Shown here in pieces: positions 55,990-64,000 of a stretch of DNA of 64,000 nt. The notes below the pieces were generated by a model. That model saw nothing but the letters and a program-made list of their open reading frames with translations, had not been told where the DNA came from and did no database searches. Location of the stretch: positions 64,395-128,394 of the forward strand of contig DAOTWF010000002.1 in the NCBI GenBank assembly GCA_034435835.1, written 5' to 3'. The stretch comes from Dehalococcoidia bacterium (GTDB lineage: Bacteria > Chloroflexota > Dehalococcoidia > GIF9 > UBA5629). Position 1 is the stretch's first letter; each line of letters opens with the position of its first letter. Both the position numbers and the translations under genes were made by a program.

Positions 55990-56286
55990 CTATTGAGCAG
56001 TCTGCTCTTTGGACCCTTCTGCGGAAAGAAGGGTGTGGATATACTGTGCTAAGGCCGGATGTATATCACAGATGAAACCGTCCCTAGTCACCTCCACTGA
56101 AAAGGTCAACCTTGCCGGCTTTCTCGGAGAGTTATCAAACTTACCCAAGCCGGAGTCATCCCATGGCATCTCTTTGCCCAGTACTTCCAGCATACCCCTT
56201 ACATCGCGGGGCTGCTGCAGTACCACTTCAAAGCGCAACTGCTTAGCTAAAAGGTTGAGTTGGTCAGTTCTTAGTTTCACCCGCAT
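55990..56286 (-). CDS. Hypothetical protein
   Basis: 98-aa ORF with no motif I recognise. The coding call rests only on ORF length and its position in an otherwise empty interval. Confidence 0.35.
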   Translation of the reverse strand: MRVKLRTDQLNLLAKQLRFEVVLQQPRDVRGMLEVLGKEMPWDDSGLGKFDNSPRKPARLTFSVEVTRDGFICDIHPALAQYIHTLLSAEGSKEQTAQ

Positions 56287-56451
56287 AGCTCAGCATTCAC
56301 TCCTGTCATGAAACTTTTTGCTATCCACTGGCATCAGCCTCTAAACTTGACCTATGAAGTCTAGCATTTTAGTGCTCTGAAATCAACCACCTTCGTCTCG
56401 TCGTATGCGCAAAACCCTTTTGCAGTACTACCAGACTGTCAAAAGACCACC

Positions 56452-57192
56452 TCACGAATTCAGAAACTGCGCCAGGGTATGTGCATTGCGCACCGCATAG
56501 GCTTCGGCATCGTTGTTAAAATAGATATACACAGCTTTCAAGTCCCTGCCTATCTCGCGAATCTTCGTCGCCCAAGTCTGGAGCTCTTCATCACTGTAGC
56601 AACTCCAGTACAACCCTATGCTGCCATGAAAGCGAAAATAAGCAAAGTCCGCTGTAGCCCTCACTGGGCAGGTGAATCCAGGCATATCAAACACACACAG
56701 CGCAGCATTATACCGCTCCAGAAGACTGAAAACCTCGCCACTGAGCCACGACTCATCCCGGAACTCAAATACATGCCGATAACCCTGGGGCAAAGTCTGT
56801 AGAAAAGCCTTCAGAACATGCTCGTTCCGCTCATTCCATCTCATACCGGGCGGTAGCTGGTACAGAAGAGGCCCCAGCTTCTCCTTTAGAAAACCGGCTC
56901 TAGCCAGGAAATTTTGCAGCGGTTCTTCGGCTTCTCGCAGTCTCTTAATATGAGTAATAAAACGGCTCACCTTCACCGCAAGCACAAACTCCGGAGGCGA
57001 CGACCTGTACCAGCCGGTGAAAGCCTGCTCAGATGGCAACCGGTAAAAGCTGTTGTTAAGCTCCACGGTATTGAAGTAATTTGCGTAGAACTCCAGCCAC
57101 CTCGCCTTGGCAAGATCAGCGGGATAGAAATAACCCCGCCAGTGTTCATAGTGCCAGCCGCTGGTGCCGATAAAATATGCTGGCATATCCAC
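56452..57192 (-). CDS. DUF72 (YecE-like) family protein
   Basis: 246 aa. Contains IGTSGWHYEHWRGYFYP and FNTVELNNSFYRLP, typical of DUF72. Confidence 0.8.
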   Translation of the reverse strand: MDMPAYFIGTSGWHYEHWRGYFYPADLAKARWLEFYANYFNTVELNNSFYRLPSEQAFTGWYRSSPPEFVLAVKVSRFITHIKRLREAEEPLQNFLARAGFLKEKLGPLLYQLPPGMRWNERNEHVLKAFLQTLPQGYRHVFEFRDESWLSGEVFSLLERYNAALCVFDMPGFTCPVRATADFAYFRFHGSIGLYWSCYSDEELQTWATKIREIGRDLKAVYIYFNNDAEAYAVRNAHTLAQFLNS

Positions 57193-57525
57193 CCCGTTAG
57201 AATTTACCAGCTATCGCAAATATAATCATATCGTGAAGAACCAAAGGGAGACAATCGGAAAACTCACCCCTCGTGGACGCTTCCTGACCCATTCCCTGAA
57301 ATGGGTTAGCGAAAGACATGCTGCCATACAAAGAGGAAAGCCTTCCCGCTTTTCCTCTGTATTGAGAATGCCCCTGTTTGCGGTCGAAATGTTGCTCGTA
57401 GCAATAGTTTTTGCACTGCTGCTTTTAGCTCTGGTCTTCTGCATCATGCTGATATTACCACGAATCAGAAAGGGTTCGCCGCGACCACGCTAAAAGCTTT
57501 TACTCTATGGGCATCCTCTCCCACA

Positions 57526-58302
57526 TCAAAGCTCTGATAGGCCAAACCTCATGCCATCACGAGCGGCAATAACTTTGATCCCAGTATCCTGAGCCAGCTT
57601 CTGGGCAATCTCCCAAGGTTTTGACCTCCAGATAGACATGCCAAAGTGGGTCAGTATAGCAACCCTGGGTTTTGCTTCCTGTATAATCCTTCTAGCTTCA
57701 GAAATAGCGAGGTGGTCAACGCCGTCCCTGGGCTCGAGCATAACCACATTTATCACCAGCAGCTCTCCACGATAGTAATCGGCTAAGCCGTCAAAATATT
57801 TAGTATCAGTTATCCATGCCACAGTATGTCTGGGAGTACGAAAGATAAACCCATAGGTCTCCACAGGGTGTCTGTGTCTGACCGGTGTTTGGAAAAAAAC
57901 ATCCCCGACTGTATACTGACCGCCTTCTCTGAGAACCTCAACCTTCTCAGGGTAATCAAGCGCATAGGGGAAGACAACAGCACCATTATCAAAAGCATCA
58001 GCGGGGGCAAACAGCACTCCTCGACGCTCGAACCCACCCTCGGTCATTGCCTCAAGCATAATATTAACATCACCGGAGTGGTCGATGTGTTTGTGCGACA
58101 GGATAATTCCCTTTAAATGTGTGGCATCCAGTTTCTTCTTCGCGCTGTGTACCAGACAGCCAGGTCCTGGATCTAGAAGCAGTTCCACATCGCCAAACTT
58201 CAGCCAAGCACCCCCCGATGCCAGCAGCTGCCTAATTACCACAAACCGGGCACCAGCAGTGCCCAAGAAAATTATGGAATCGTCCGAGTCCTGCACGACC
58301 AT
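57526..58302 (-). CDS. Metallo-beta-lactamase-fold hydrolase
   Basis: 258 aa. Contains LLLDPGPG and ILSHKHIDHSGD (the HxHxDH motif). Confidence 0.8.
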   Translation of the reverse strand: MVVQDSDDSIIFLGTAGARFVVIRQLLASGGAWLKFGDVELLLDPGPGCLVHSAKKKLDATHLKGIILSHKHIDHSGDVNIMLEAMTEGGFERRGVLFAPADAFDNGAVVFPYALDYPEKVEVLREGGQYTVGDVFFQTPVRHRHPVETYGFIFRTPRHTVAWITDTKYFDGLADYYRGELLVINVVMLEPRDGVDHLAISEARRIIQEAKPRVAILTHFGMSIWRSKPWEIAQKLAQDTGIKVIAARDGMRFGLSEL

Positions 58303-58370
58303 AATTATACCAGTTCCTTACCTAGCCCTTTTGGCTATATTTTGCTAAAATCTCGCAGAAAGACGAGGCT

Positions 58371-59291
58371 ATGACTGAGCTACCGAATGAGATTGCCAGA
58401 CGCATCCGGGAATACCATGACAAAACCGGCAAATTGCTGACTATAGGCACAGTCGAATCAGCCAGCGGCGGGAGGATCGGTGACAAAATAACCAATGTAC
58501 CGGGTAGTTCCGATTATTACAAAGGCTCCATAGTCGCTTACAGCAACGAAATAAAGGCTAGAGTCGTTGGTGTGAGAAAACAGACACTGGCAAAAAGGGG
58601 TGCCGTAAGTTCCGAGGCTGCCCGGGAGATGGCAAAAGGTGGCAGAAAACTTCTAAAAGTAGACATTTGTATATCGGACACAGGCATTGCCGGACCTACA
58701 GGCGCCACGGAGGGAAAACCTGTGGGGCTCTTTTACATAGGACTTTCAGCCGCCGACGCCGAGTGGGTCAGGGAACACCGTTTCCACGGCGATAGAGAGA
58801 CGAACAAACAGAAAGCCACTGAAACTGCCTTGGGACTGCTAAAGGAATACCTAGAAACCTGTCTGGAAAAGGCGACCATGGGTCCCCTCGAGGAGAAACA
58901 TGTTGTTACCTGCTTTCTTGAGCATGAAGGCAAAATCCTGTTGCTCAGACGAAGCGCCAGAGTGAGCACGTACCGCCGAAGTTGGGCTGGAGTCAGTGGT
59001 TACATCGAAACGAACGACGTCGACCAAGCCTACGCCGAGATAAGAGAGGAGACGGAGCTCTACAAGAACGACGTGAAACTCGTCCGTAAAGGAGAACCAA
59101 TAGAGGTCATCGACAGGAACCTGAATAGAAAATGGGTCGTGCATCCGTTTCTGTTCCACGTCAAGGACCCAGACAAGATCAAAATCGACTGGGAACATAC
59201 AGAAATGAGGTGGGTCAAACCCGGCGAGGTGAAACGGTACCATACTGTCCCTGGCTTGAAGGAGGCACTGGACCGCGTATACAGGCGCTAA
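58371..59291 (+). CDS. CinA C-terminal (PncC-type NMN amidohydrolase) domain fused to a Nudix hydrolase domain
   Basis: 306 aa. The N-terminal half has TVESASGGRIGDKITNVPGSSDYYKGSIVAYSNE (CinA_C/PncC). The C-terminal half has the Nudix box GVSGYIETNDVDQAYAEIREETEL. Confidence 0.75.
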   Translation: MTELPNEIARRIREYHDKTGKLLTIGTVESASGGRIGDKITNVPGSSDYYKGSIVAYSNEIKARVVGVRKQTLAKRGAVSSEAAREMAKGGRKLLKVDICISDTGIAGPTGATEGKPVGLFYIGLSAADAEWVREHRFHGDRETNKQKATETALGLLKEYLETCLEKATMGPLEEKHVVTCFLEHEGKILLLRRSARVSTYRRSWAGVSGYIETNDVDQAYAEIREETELYKNDVKLVRKGEPIEVIDRNLNRKWVVHPFLFHVKDPDKIKIDWEHTEMRWVKPGEVKRYHTVPGLKEALDRVYRR

Positions 59292-59376
59292 ACAAACTCT
59301 ATAAGAGCGCCATAACACATAAACAGGGCAACGAGCAATAAGCCAAGACTGCTTCTGAAAAAGGAGCCGGAAAGGG

Positions 59377-60897
59377 TTGTTAGCCCGAGTAAAGACTGCA
59401 GCAATAGTGGGTCTGGATGCCCAGATAGTTGAAGTCGAAGTCGACATAGCTAGCGGGCTACCAGCAACCGTAATAGTCGGGCTGCCAGATACCGCCGTAC
59501 AGGAGGCAAGAGAAAGGGTTCGCGCTGCCATCCGCAATTCCGGATGCAATTTCCCTGCACGGAGGATCACCATAAACCTAGCTCCCGCCGACCTCAAAAA
59601 AGCCGGACCTGCATATGACCTGCCCATCGCCATCGGCATTTTGCTTAGCTCCGGGCAAATCAACGCTGATATCTCGCAGACTATGTTCCTTGGCGAACTT
59701 TCCCTTGACGGTGCCCTGCGACATACCCAAGGCATTCTACCGATGGTCTCCCTAGCACGCGACAGCAGACTGCCCCAAGTTTTCGTGCCCGCTGATGACG
59801 CCAGAGAGGCTTCGCTGATAGACGGTATAAAAATTCTTCCAGTCGTTTCACTGGCACAGCTAGTCAGTCATTTCCGCGGCGAGACAACGATTCTAGAGTA
59901 CAAATCGGATAAGTCTTGGCAAAACACAGATAAGGTACATGCTTCGGTCGACTTAAGCCACATAAAAGGCCAGGAACACGCCAAGCGTGCTCTAGAGATA
60001 GCCGCTGCTGGTGGGCACAACGTGCTGATGTCTGGACCTCCAGGAAGCGGAAAGACCATGCTGGCACGCTCGCTGCCGTCGATTATGCCCACTATGACAT
60101 TCTCAGAAGCGCTGGAGGTGACCAAGATATACAGTGTGAGCGGACTCCTTTTCCCCCACACCCCATTGATAACCCATCGCCCTTTCCGTGCACCACACTA
60201 TACGATCTCACACGCCGGCCTTGTGGGAGGTGGACACTGGCCTCGTCCTGGAGAAATAAGCCTGAGTCACCGAGGAGTGCTATTTCTAGATGAGTTTCCA
60301 GAATTCAGCCATACCGCCTTGGAATCACTACGTCAACCACTCGAGGACAAAGTTGTTACCATAAGCCGTGCCCAGGGAAGCATCACCTTTCCTGCCAATT
60401 TCATGTTGGTAGCCGCCATGAATCCCTGCCCCTGTGGCTACTACGGTGATCCTATCAAAGAGTGTAGGTGCTCTCCAGCAGAGATCTCGCGCTATCAAAA
60501 GCGGATTAGCGGGCCTCTCCTTGACCGCATAGACATCTTCATTGAGGTACCTCGCCTTGAGTACGAGAAACTCACAGATGACACCATTTGTGACACATCA
60601 GAACATGTACGCAGCAGGGTAGAAGCCGCCAGAAAAATCCAGCTAGAGAGGTTCCAAGCCACAAGGTTGAGTTGTAATGCTGAGATGACACCCGTTGAGG
60701 TCAAGGAATTCTGTCACCTGGAAAAGGAAGCACAAGGCCTTCTGAGGGCAGCTATGAAGCAATTCCATCTTACCGCCCGCGCCTTTCACCGCGTACTTAA
60801 ACTAGCCCGTACCATTGCCGACCTAGAAGCCGCAGAGACCATAAGGACTATCCATCTTGCTGAAGCACTCCAATACCGCCAGCGAAACCTAGTGTGA
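59377..60897 (+). CDS. comM: ComM/YifB Mg-chelatase-like AAA+ ATPase
   Basis: 506 aa with a TTG start. Lon-like N-domain, Walker [10 protein letters not shown], Walker [10 protein letters not shown], and a Cys cluster CPCGYYGD...CRC. Confidence 0.88.
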   Translation: MLARVKTAAIVGLDAQIVEVEVDIASGLPATVIVGLPDTAVQEARERVRAAIRNSGCNFPARRITINLAPADLKKAGPAYDLPIAIGILLSSGQINADISQTMFLGELSLDGALRHTQGILPMVSLARDSRLPQVFVPADDAREASLIDGIKILPVVSLAQLVSHFRGETTILEYKSDKSWQNTDKVHASVDLSHIKGQEHAKRALEIAAAGGHNVLMSGPPGSGKTMLARSLPSIMPTMTFSEALEVTKIYSVSGLLFPHTPLITHRPFRAPHYTISHAGLVGGGHWPRPGEISLSHRGVLFLDEFPEFSHTALESLRQPLEDKVVTISRAQGSITFPANFMLVAAMNPCPCGYYGDPIKECRCSPAEISRYQKRISGPLLDRIDIFIEVPRLEYEKLTDDTICDTSEHVRSRVEAARKIQLERFQATRLSCNAEMTPVEVKEFCHLEKEAQGLLRAAMKQFHLTARAFHRVLKLARTIADLEAAETIRTIHLAEALQYRQRNLV

Positions 60898-60955
60898 AAA
60901 AATCCGTAGTTGGCTATTATTGCAAGCTCGATAACAAAATCGCTGGCGCAAGGCG

Positions 60956-61687
60956 CTAAATTTCCCGGAATTGCCCGCCTCCGCTGAGCCTGCGTAACGA
61001 CTCCGGCACCTCAAACTTGGCACGCCCCGCAGTGCACCGGTCGAGGTTCCGCATCATACCAAGGAAACGGTGATAAGGGATTGACACCAGAAGGTCTTCA
61101 GCCTTGTACCCTTGCAGCCGTCGACTGGTATAGTCCATAAGACTTACATTGAGTTCACCGGTGACTACCGGGTAAGCCACAGCCTGGTGGCAGGTCGAAC
61201 CACACATTTCCAGCTTCGGCGGTATGCCCGTAGCATATGTATCCAAGGTGACCAGTCGGCATGCTTGCAAAGGACTACAGATAAAAAGCACGACGTCTGG
61301 CTCAAACTCGGCTTTTCTCATCGGAGAAAGGACCACATGCTCAGCAAGTCCCAGCGGCGGCGCAGAGCACAAATACTGTGCCCGATGGAAAACCGCTACT
61401 GAACAAAATAGCTTTTCCCCTTTCACCAGAAACTCCTTTAATGCCTTATCGCCCTCGTCTTTCGGTCTCTCCGCCAAGCCGAGATGCCAAGAGCCTCCCC
61501 TACAAGAGGAACTTTTTACCGTCAGGTCGATGGTTTCCCCGTCCCGCGCCTTCAAAAAAGCCTCACACACTCGGTATCTCCCAGCAGCCGCTACTGCAGG
61601 GGGTTCCATTGAATAAGTGATAGCCACCGGACTGCCCGACAACCCAAGAACAGCTTTAATCTCTTCAGCATAATTTTTCCACTCCAT
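60956..61687 (-). CDS. DUF169 family protein
   Basis: 243 aa. The N-terminus MEWKNYAEEIKAVLGLSGSPVAITYS and the overall pattern resemble DUF169. From memory only. Confidence 0.6.
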   Translation of the reverse strand: MEWKNYAEEIKAVLGLSGSPVAITYSMEPPAVAAAGRYRVCEAFLKARDGETIDLTVKSSSCRGGSWHLGLAERPKDEGDKALKEFLVKGEKLFCSVAVFHRAQYLCSAPPLGLAEHVVLSPMRKAEFEPDVVLFICSPLQACRLVTLDTYATGIPPKLEMCGSTCHQAVAYPVVTGELNVSLMDYTSRRLQGYKAEDLLVSIPYHRFLGMMRNLDRCTAGRAKFEVPESLRRLSGGGQFREI

Positions 61688-61725
61688 CTTTTGTCTCCTT
61701 TCGACAATTACGCTATCCGACCTGC

Positions 61726-62058
61726 CTAATGGTCAGCCGAGCTGCGGTTATGTATAGAAAGACACCGGCAAGTATTGCAAGTATTGATGGTACAAGCCAC
61801 CCACCTGGGTAACATAAACATCATAGCCAAGACATACAGTGCCCATGCTGGAAACAGCAATAACATCCCGCGGAAATAGGGAACTGTGGCACTGGCTCCC
61901 CCAGTCAGGTATATACCCACTAACGTCACCACAGTGACGATAGGGAAGAAAGCTGCAGAGGTAGCAAGCAATCCTTTTCTGCGGCTATCGAAGTAGGTCA
62001 CAGTAGCTACAATAATTTCACCAATCACAAAATAAAGAGCCAATGGTTTGAAATTCAT
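61726..62058 (-). CDS. Small integral membrane protein (hypothetical)
   Basis: 110 aa with 3-4 hydrophobic helices. The odd Cys-rich C-terminal tail (CTINTCNTCRC) could be non-native. Confidence 0.45.
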   Translation of the reverse strand: MNFKPLALYFVIGEIIVATVTYFDSRRKGLLATSAAFFPIVTVVTLVGIYLTGGASATVPYFRGMLLLFPAWALYVLAMMFMLPRWVACTINTCNTCRCLSIHNRSSADH

Positions 62059-62107
62059 AGACTATCCTTTGAAAGAAATTTACTGTAGTTCCCCGATATC
62101 CTGAACT

Positions 62108-63214
62108 TTACCGAAAGCAACTCCAGAACGGCTTCAGATTATCCATAACCCCCTGTATCACTTTTTGAGTCTGTGTGAGAGCACTGTCCGTAAGGAAGCG
62201 CTGGGGCACTGGCTCCGGCTCTCCTACACTCAACTTCCATCCAGCAAGCCCGCTGATCAATGCCAGCCAGGCGTAGGGCAATATCTTTTCATTGTAACCA
62301 GAAGCAATCAAGTCGATCACTTTGCCATCGCAGACATACGCCATCTCCCTCACTTTATCGCCTACCATCCTGAAACCTTCAACAGAGAGTCCCAGCATAG
62401 TTAACTGGTCGTCAAAGTGGGGATCAGAACCACCGTTTCGGACAATGATCTGAGGCCGGAACTCCTTAACCAGCGGCTCCACTATAGCCTCAAAAGCAAG
62501 CTTATACGATTCATAGCCAGCACCGACAGGCAGGGGAATGTTGACTGTGAAACCTTTGCCCGCTCCGCCACCTATTTGGTGAGCAAAGCCCGTCCCAGGA
62601 TAGAGTGTCCTTGGGTCCTGGTGTAAGTCGATAAATAGGATCCGTGGCTCCTCGTAGAAATACTCCATAGTGCCGTTGCCACCGTGCGCATCAGTGTCTA
62701 AAATGACGATTCTTTCCAAATCGTAACTCTCCATCAAATAGCGCCCACAAAAGGCAACGTCATTATACAGGCAAAACCCTTCGCCGTAACCAGGTTTTGC
62801 ATGGTGTAAACCGCCACCTATAGAGACCGCTTTCGCAAACTTACCCTGCTGAACTAGATCACATGCCAGTTTGGCTTGGCCCACCACCAGCCTCGCAGCC
62901 TCTTCAAGCTTACCCGGTTTTCCTACCGGCATGTTATCCATGCTGTGATATCGAGAAAATTGTCCCGGATAAGCTAACCCAAGATTGGCAGCCCTAAAAT
63001 ACTCGCGAGTGAACTCAATATAATCCTTCGTGCAGATAAGCAGCAAGTCTTCATCTGTGGCTGGGGCTGCCTCTTTGAGACAATAGTTGTTTTTCTCAGG
63101 CACACGTTCTCTCAAGAACTGCAGGAATGTCTCGTAACGCCCACCGCGAAAAGGGTGCCCCGGACCAAAATCGTACTCTTTAAGGCCTTTCCCGCACAAA
63201 ATTGCAATAGGCAT
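62108..63214 (-). CDS. Histone deacetylase-family enzyme (AcuC / acetylpolyamine amidohydrolase-like)
   Basis: 368 aa. Contains GGGLHHAKPGYGEGFCLYND, ILDTDAHGGNGT and GGSDPH, the class I/II HDAC zinc-site pattern. Confidence 0.85.
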   Translation of the reverse strand: MPIAILCGKGLKEYDFGPGHPFRGGRYETFLQFLRERVPEKNNYCLKEAAPATDEDLLLICTKDYIEFTREYFRAANLGLAYPGQFSRYHSMDNMPVGKPGKLEEAARLVVGQAKLACDLVQQGKFAKAVSIGGGLHHAKPGYGEGFCLYNDVAFCGRYLMESYDLERIVILDTDAHGGNGTMEYFYEEPRILFIDLHQDPRTLYPGTGFAHQIGGGAGKGFTVNIPLPVGAGYESYKLAFEAIVEPLVKEFRPQIIVRNGGSDPHFDDQLTMLGLSVEGFRMVGDKVREMAYVCDGKVIDLIASGYNEKILPYAWLALISGLAGWKLSVGEPEPVPQRFLTDSALTQTQKVIQGVMDNLKPFWSCFR

Positions 63215-63226
63215 CTGGTAACCCCG

Positions 63227-63625
63227 TCAGGCTCGTCCACTTTCCACCAGCCTGTTGCCACAGTTGGTGCAAAATCTGAAACCGGGAACAACAACGGCAC
63301 CGCACTTTGAGCAGAGAGAGCCTGTAGCCATCCCACAACCCCCGCAAAATCGTTGTCCGGAACTAATTTGCCAGCCACATTTCGGACAGACAACCAGAAA
63401 TCGCCCCTGCTCGGATGGCTGAGCTACAAGGTTGCCCGGCACCGTTTTCCCGGACACCGCCAGCGGTTGCAGGAGTTTACCACCACCCCAAACACAACCC
63501 AAGCAAAGTAAGCAGACAAAAACTACGATGCCTAAATTCACATTGGTTGGCAGCCAGGAAACCAGCACCAGCAACAATCCTGCAAGACCCAAAAAGAACA
63601 GCAAACCACCGAAAAGTCTGCGCAT
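63227..63625 (-). CDS. Membrane-anchored double zinc-ribbon protein
   Basis: 132 aa. Two N-terminal TM helices, then CPKCG...CGGCG...CSKCG...CTNCG. Confidence 0.6.
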   Translation of the reverse strand: MRRLFGGLLFFLGLAGLLLVLVSWLPTNVNLGIVVFVCLLCLGCVWGGGKLLQPLAVSGKTVPGNLVAQPSEQGRFLVVCPKCGWQISSGQRFCGGCGMATGSLCSKCGAVVVPGFRFCTNCGNRLVESGRA

Positions 63626-63756
63626 CGCTTTCCACCCACTGTAAAAACTGCAAGTAATTCTAGCAAATCAGTGCTTGAACTAGAAACCAGCCAATCGCAT
63701 ACTGCGAAGCAGGGCATATCCGGCGTGAAGACACCAAACGGTTGACCCAGAAATTG

Positions 63757-64000
63757 TTAGGATATGACTAATGGTGGCCTGCGGGCTGCCCAAGGACGCG
63801 CCTCCTCAAGCTGTGCGGCAAGGCGAAAAAGAGTCGCCTCATCGCCACATCGTCCTACGAAATGAACTCCGATAGGAAGGCCAGCAGAATTCCAGTACAG
63901 TGGCACAGACATAGCTGGCTGTCCAGTAATATTGCAGACAGGTGTAAACGGAACAAATTCGGCAGCCCGGCGCTGAGCATAAAGGGGATCGTTAGGAGGC
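63757..64000 (-). CDS. Amidase-signature family protein, C-terminal fragment (gene runs off the window end)
   Basis: My minus-strand translation is ...[53 protein letters not shown]...VIS*. It matches the conserved amidase C-terminal pattern (N.TGQPA.S.P....GLP.G.Q..G). Confidence 0.6.
   Translation of the reverse strand, partial: PPNDPLYAQRRAAEFVPFTPVCNITGQPAMSVPLYWNSAGLPIGVHFVGRCGDEATLFRLAAQLEEARPWAARRPPLVIS

Noticed and set aside
57164-57493. Small ORFs (109 aa on the plus strand, 73 aa on the minus strand) in the gap between DUF72 and the MBL hydrolase, including a possible 41-aa TM peptide starting at 57368.
   Set aside because: The candidates are mutually exclusive and overlap. None has a convincing RBS or any recognisable similarity. 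Evidence is insufficient to call either.
58851-59735. 294-aa minus-strand ORF.
   Set aside because: It is antisense to the CinA-Nudix gene and comM. It has no recognisable motifs and spans an intergenic gap of the real genes.
1-64000. Search for CRISPR arrays, rRNA genes, IS elements and long dispersed repeats.
   Set aside because: I saw no regularly spaced repeat arrays, no rRNA-like sequence and no transposase-like ORFs while reading the window. The only tandem repeats noted are the 10-bp pair at 22345-22364 and the protein-level CARDB repeats.

Overview
This 64-kb window is a gene-dense chromosomal segment with about 60 protein genes, 2 tRNAs and a tmRNA. I saw no IS elements, no prophage and no CRISPR array. 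The gene content points to an anaerobic Chloroflexota (Dehalococcoidia-like) organism, but that is an inference and not a database result. The supporting signs are a dcw cluster reduced to mraZ-rsmH-ftsA-ftsZ with no peptidoglycan genes, a T-box-controlled trpEGDCFBA operon, a tungstate-type ABC transporter and several cytoplasmic [NiFe] hydrogenases. Gene order is: plsX (partial), hypAB, tupCBA with a Moco-like leader, T-box plus trpEGDCFBA, ssrA/smpB, comEA-comEC, a degenerate histidine-kinase-like ORF, a triple-CARDB membrane protein, def-priA, rplS-trmD-moaB, the wHTH-mraZ-rsmH-ftsA-ftsZ cluster, nrdR-nrdJ, a GAF/HPRT fusion, a LeuA-family synthase, trmO, tRNA-Gly, uvrC, a Xer recombinase and pcm. 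A block of about 14.7 kb (37.5-52.2 kb, minus strand) follows and holds two adjacent hydrogenase operons. After it come a decayed dynamin-like operon next to tRNA-Lys, then DUF72, an MBL hydrolase, a CinA-Nudix fusion, comM, DUF169, an HDAC-family gene, a zinc-ribbon protein and a partial amidase. The most interesting region is the hydrogenase block. One operon is a HoxEFUYH-type enzyme whose HoxF is fused to a complete GltD/NfnB-like NAD(P)H-FAD module (1059 aa). The other is an MvhADG-type enzyme led by a second GltD-like flavoprotein where HdrA would normally sit. Both architectures suggest NAD(P)H-linked, possibly electron-bifurcating, [NiFe] hydrogenases of an unusual design. All calls rest on motifs read by eye in the supplied translations and on manual folding or translation of intergenic DNA. 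No searches were run.
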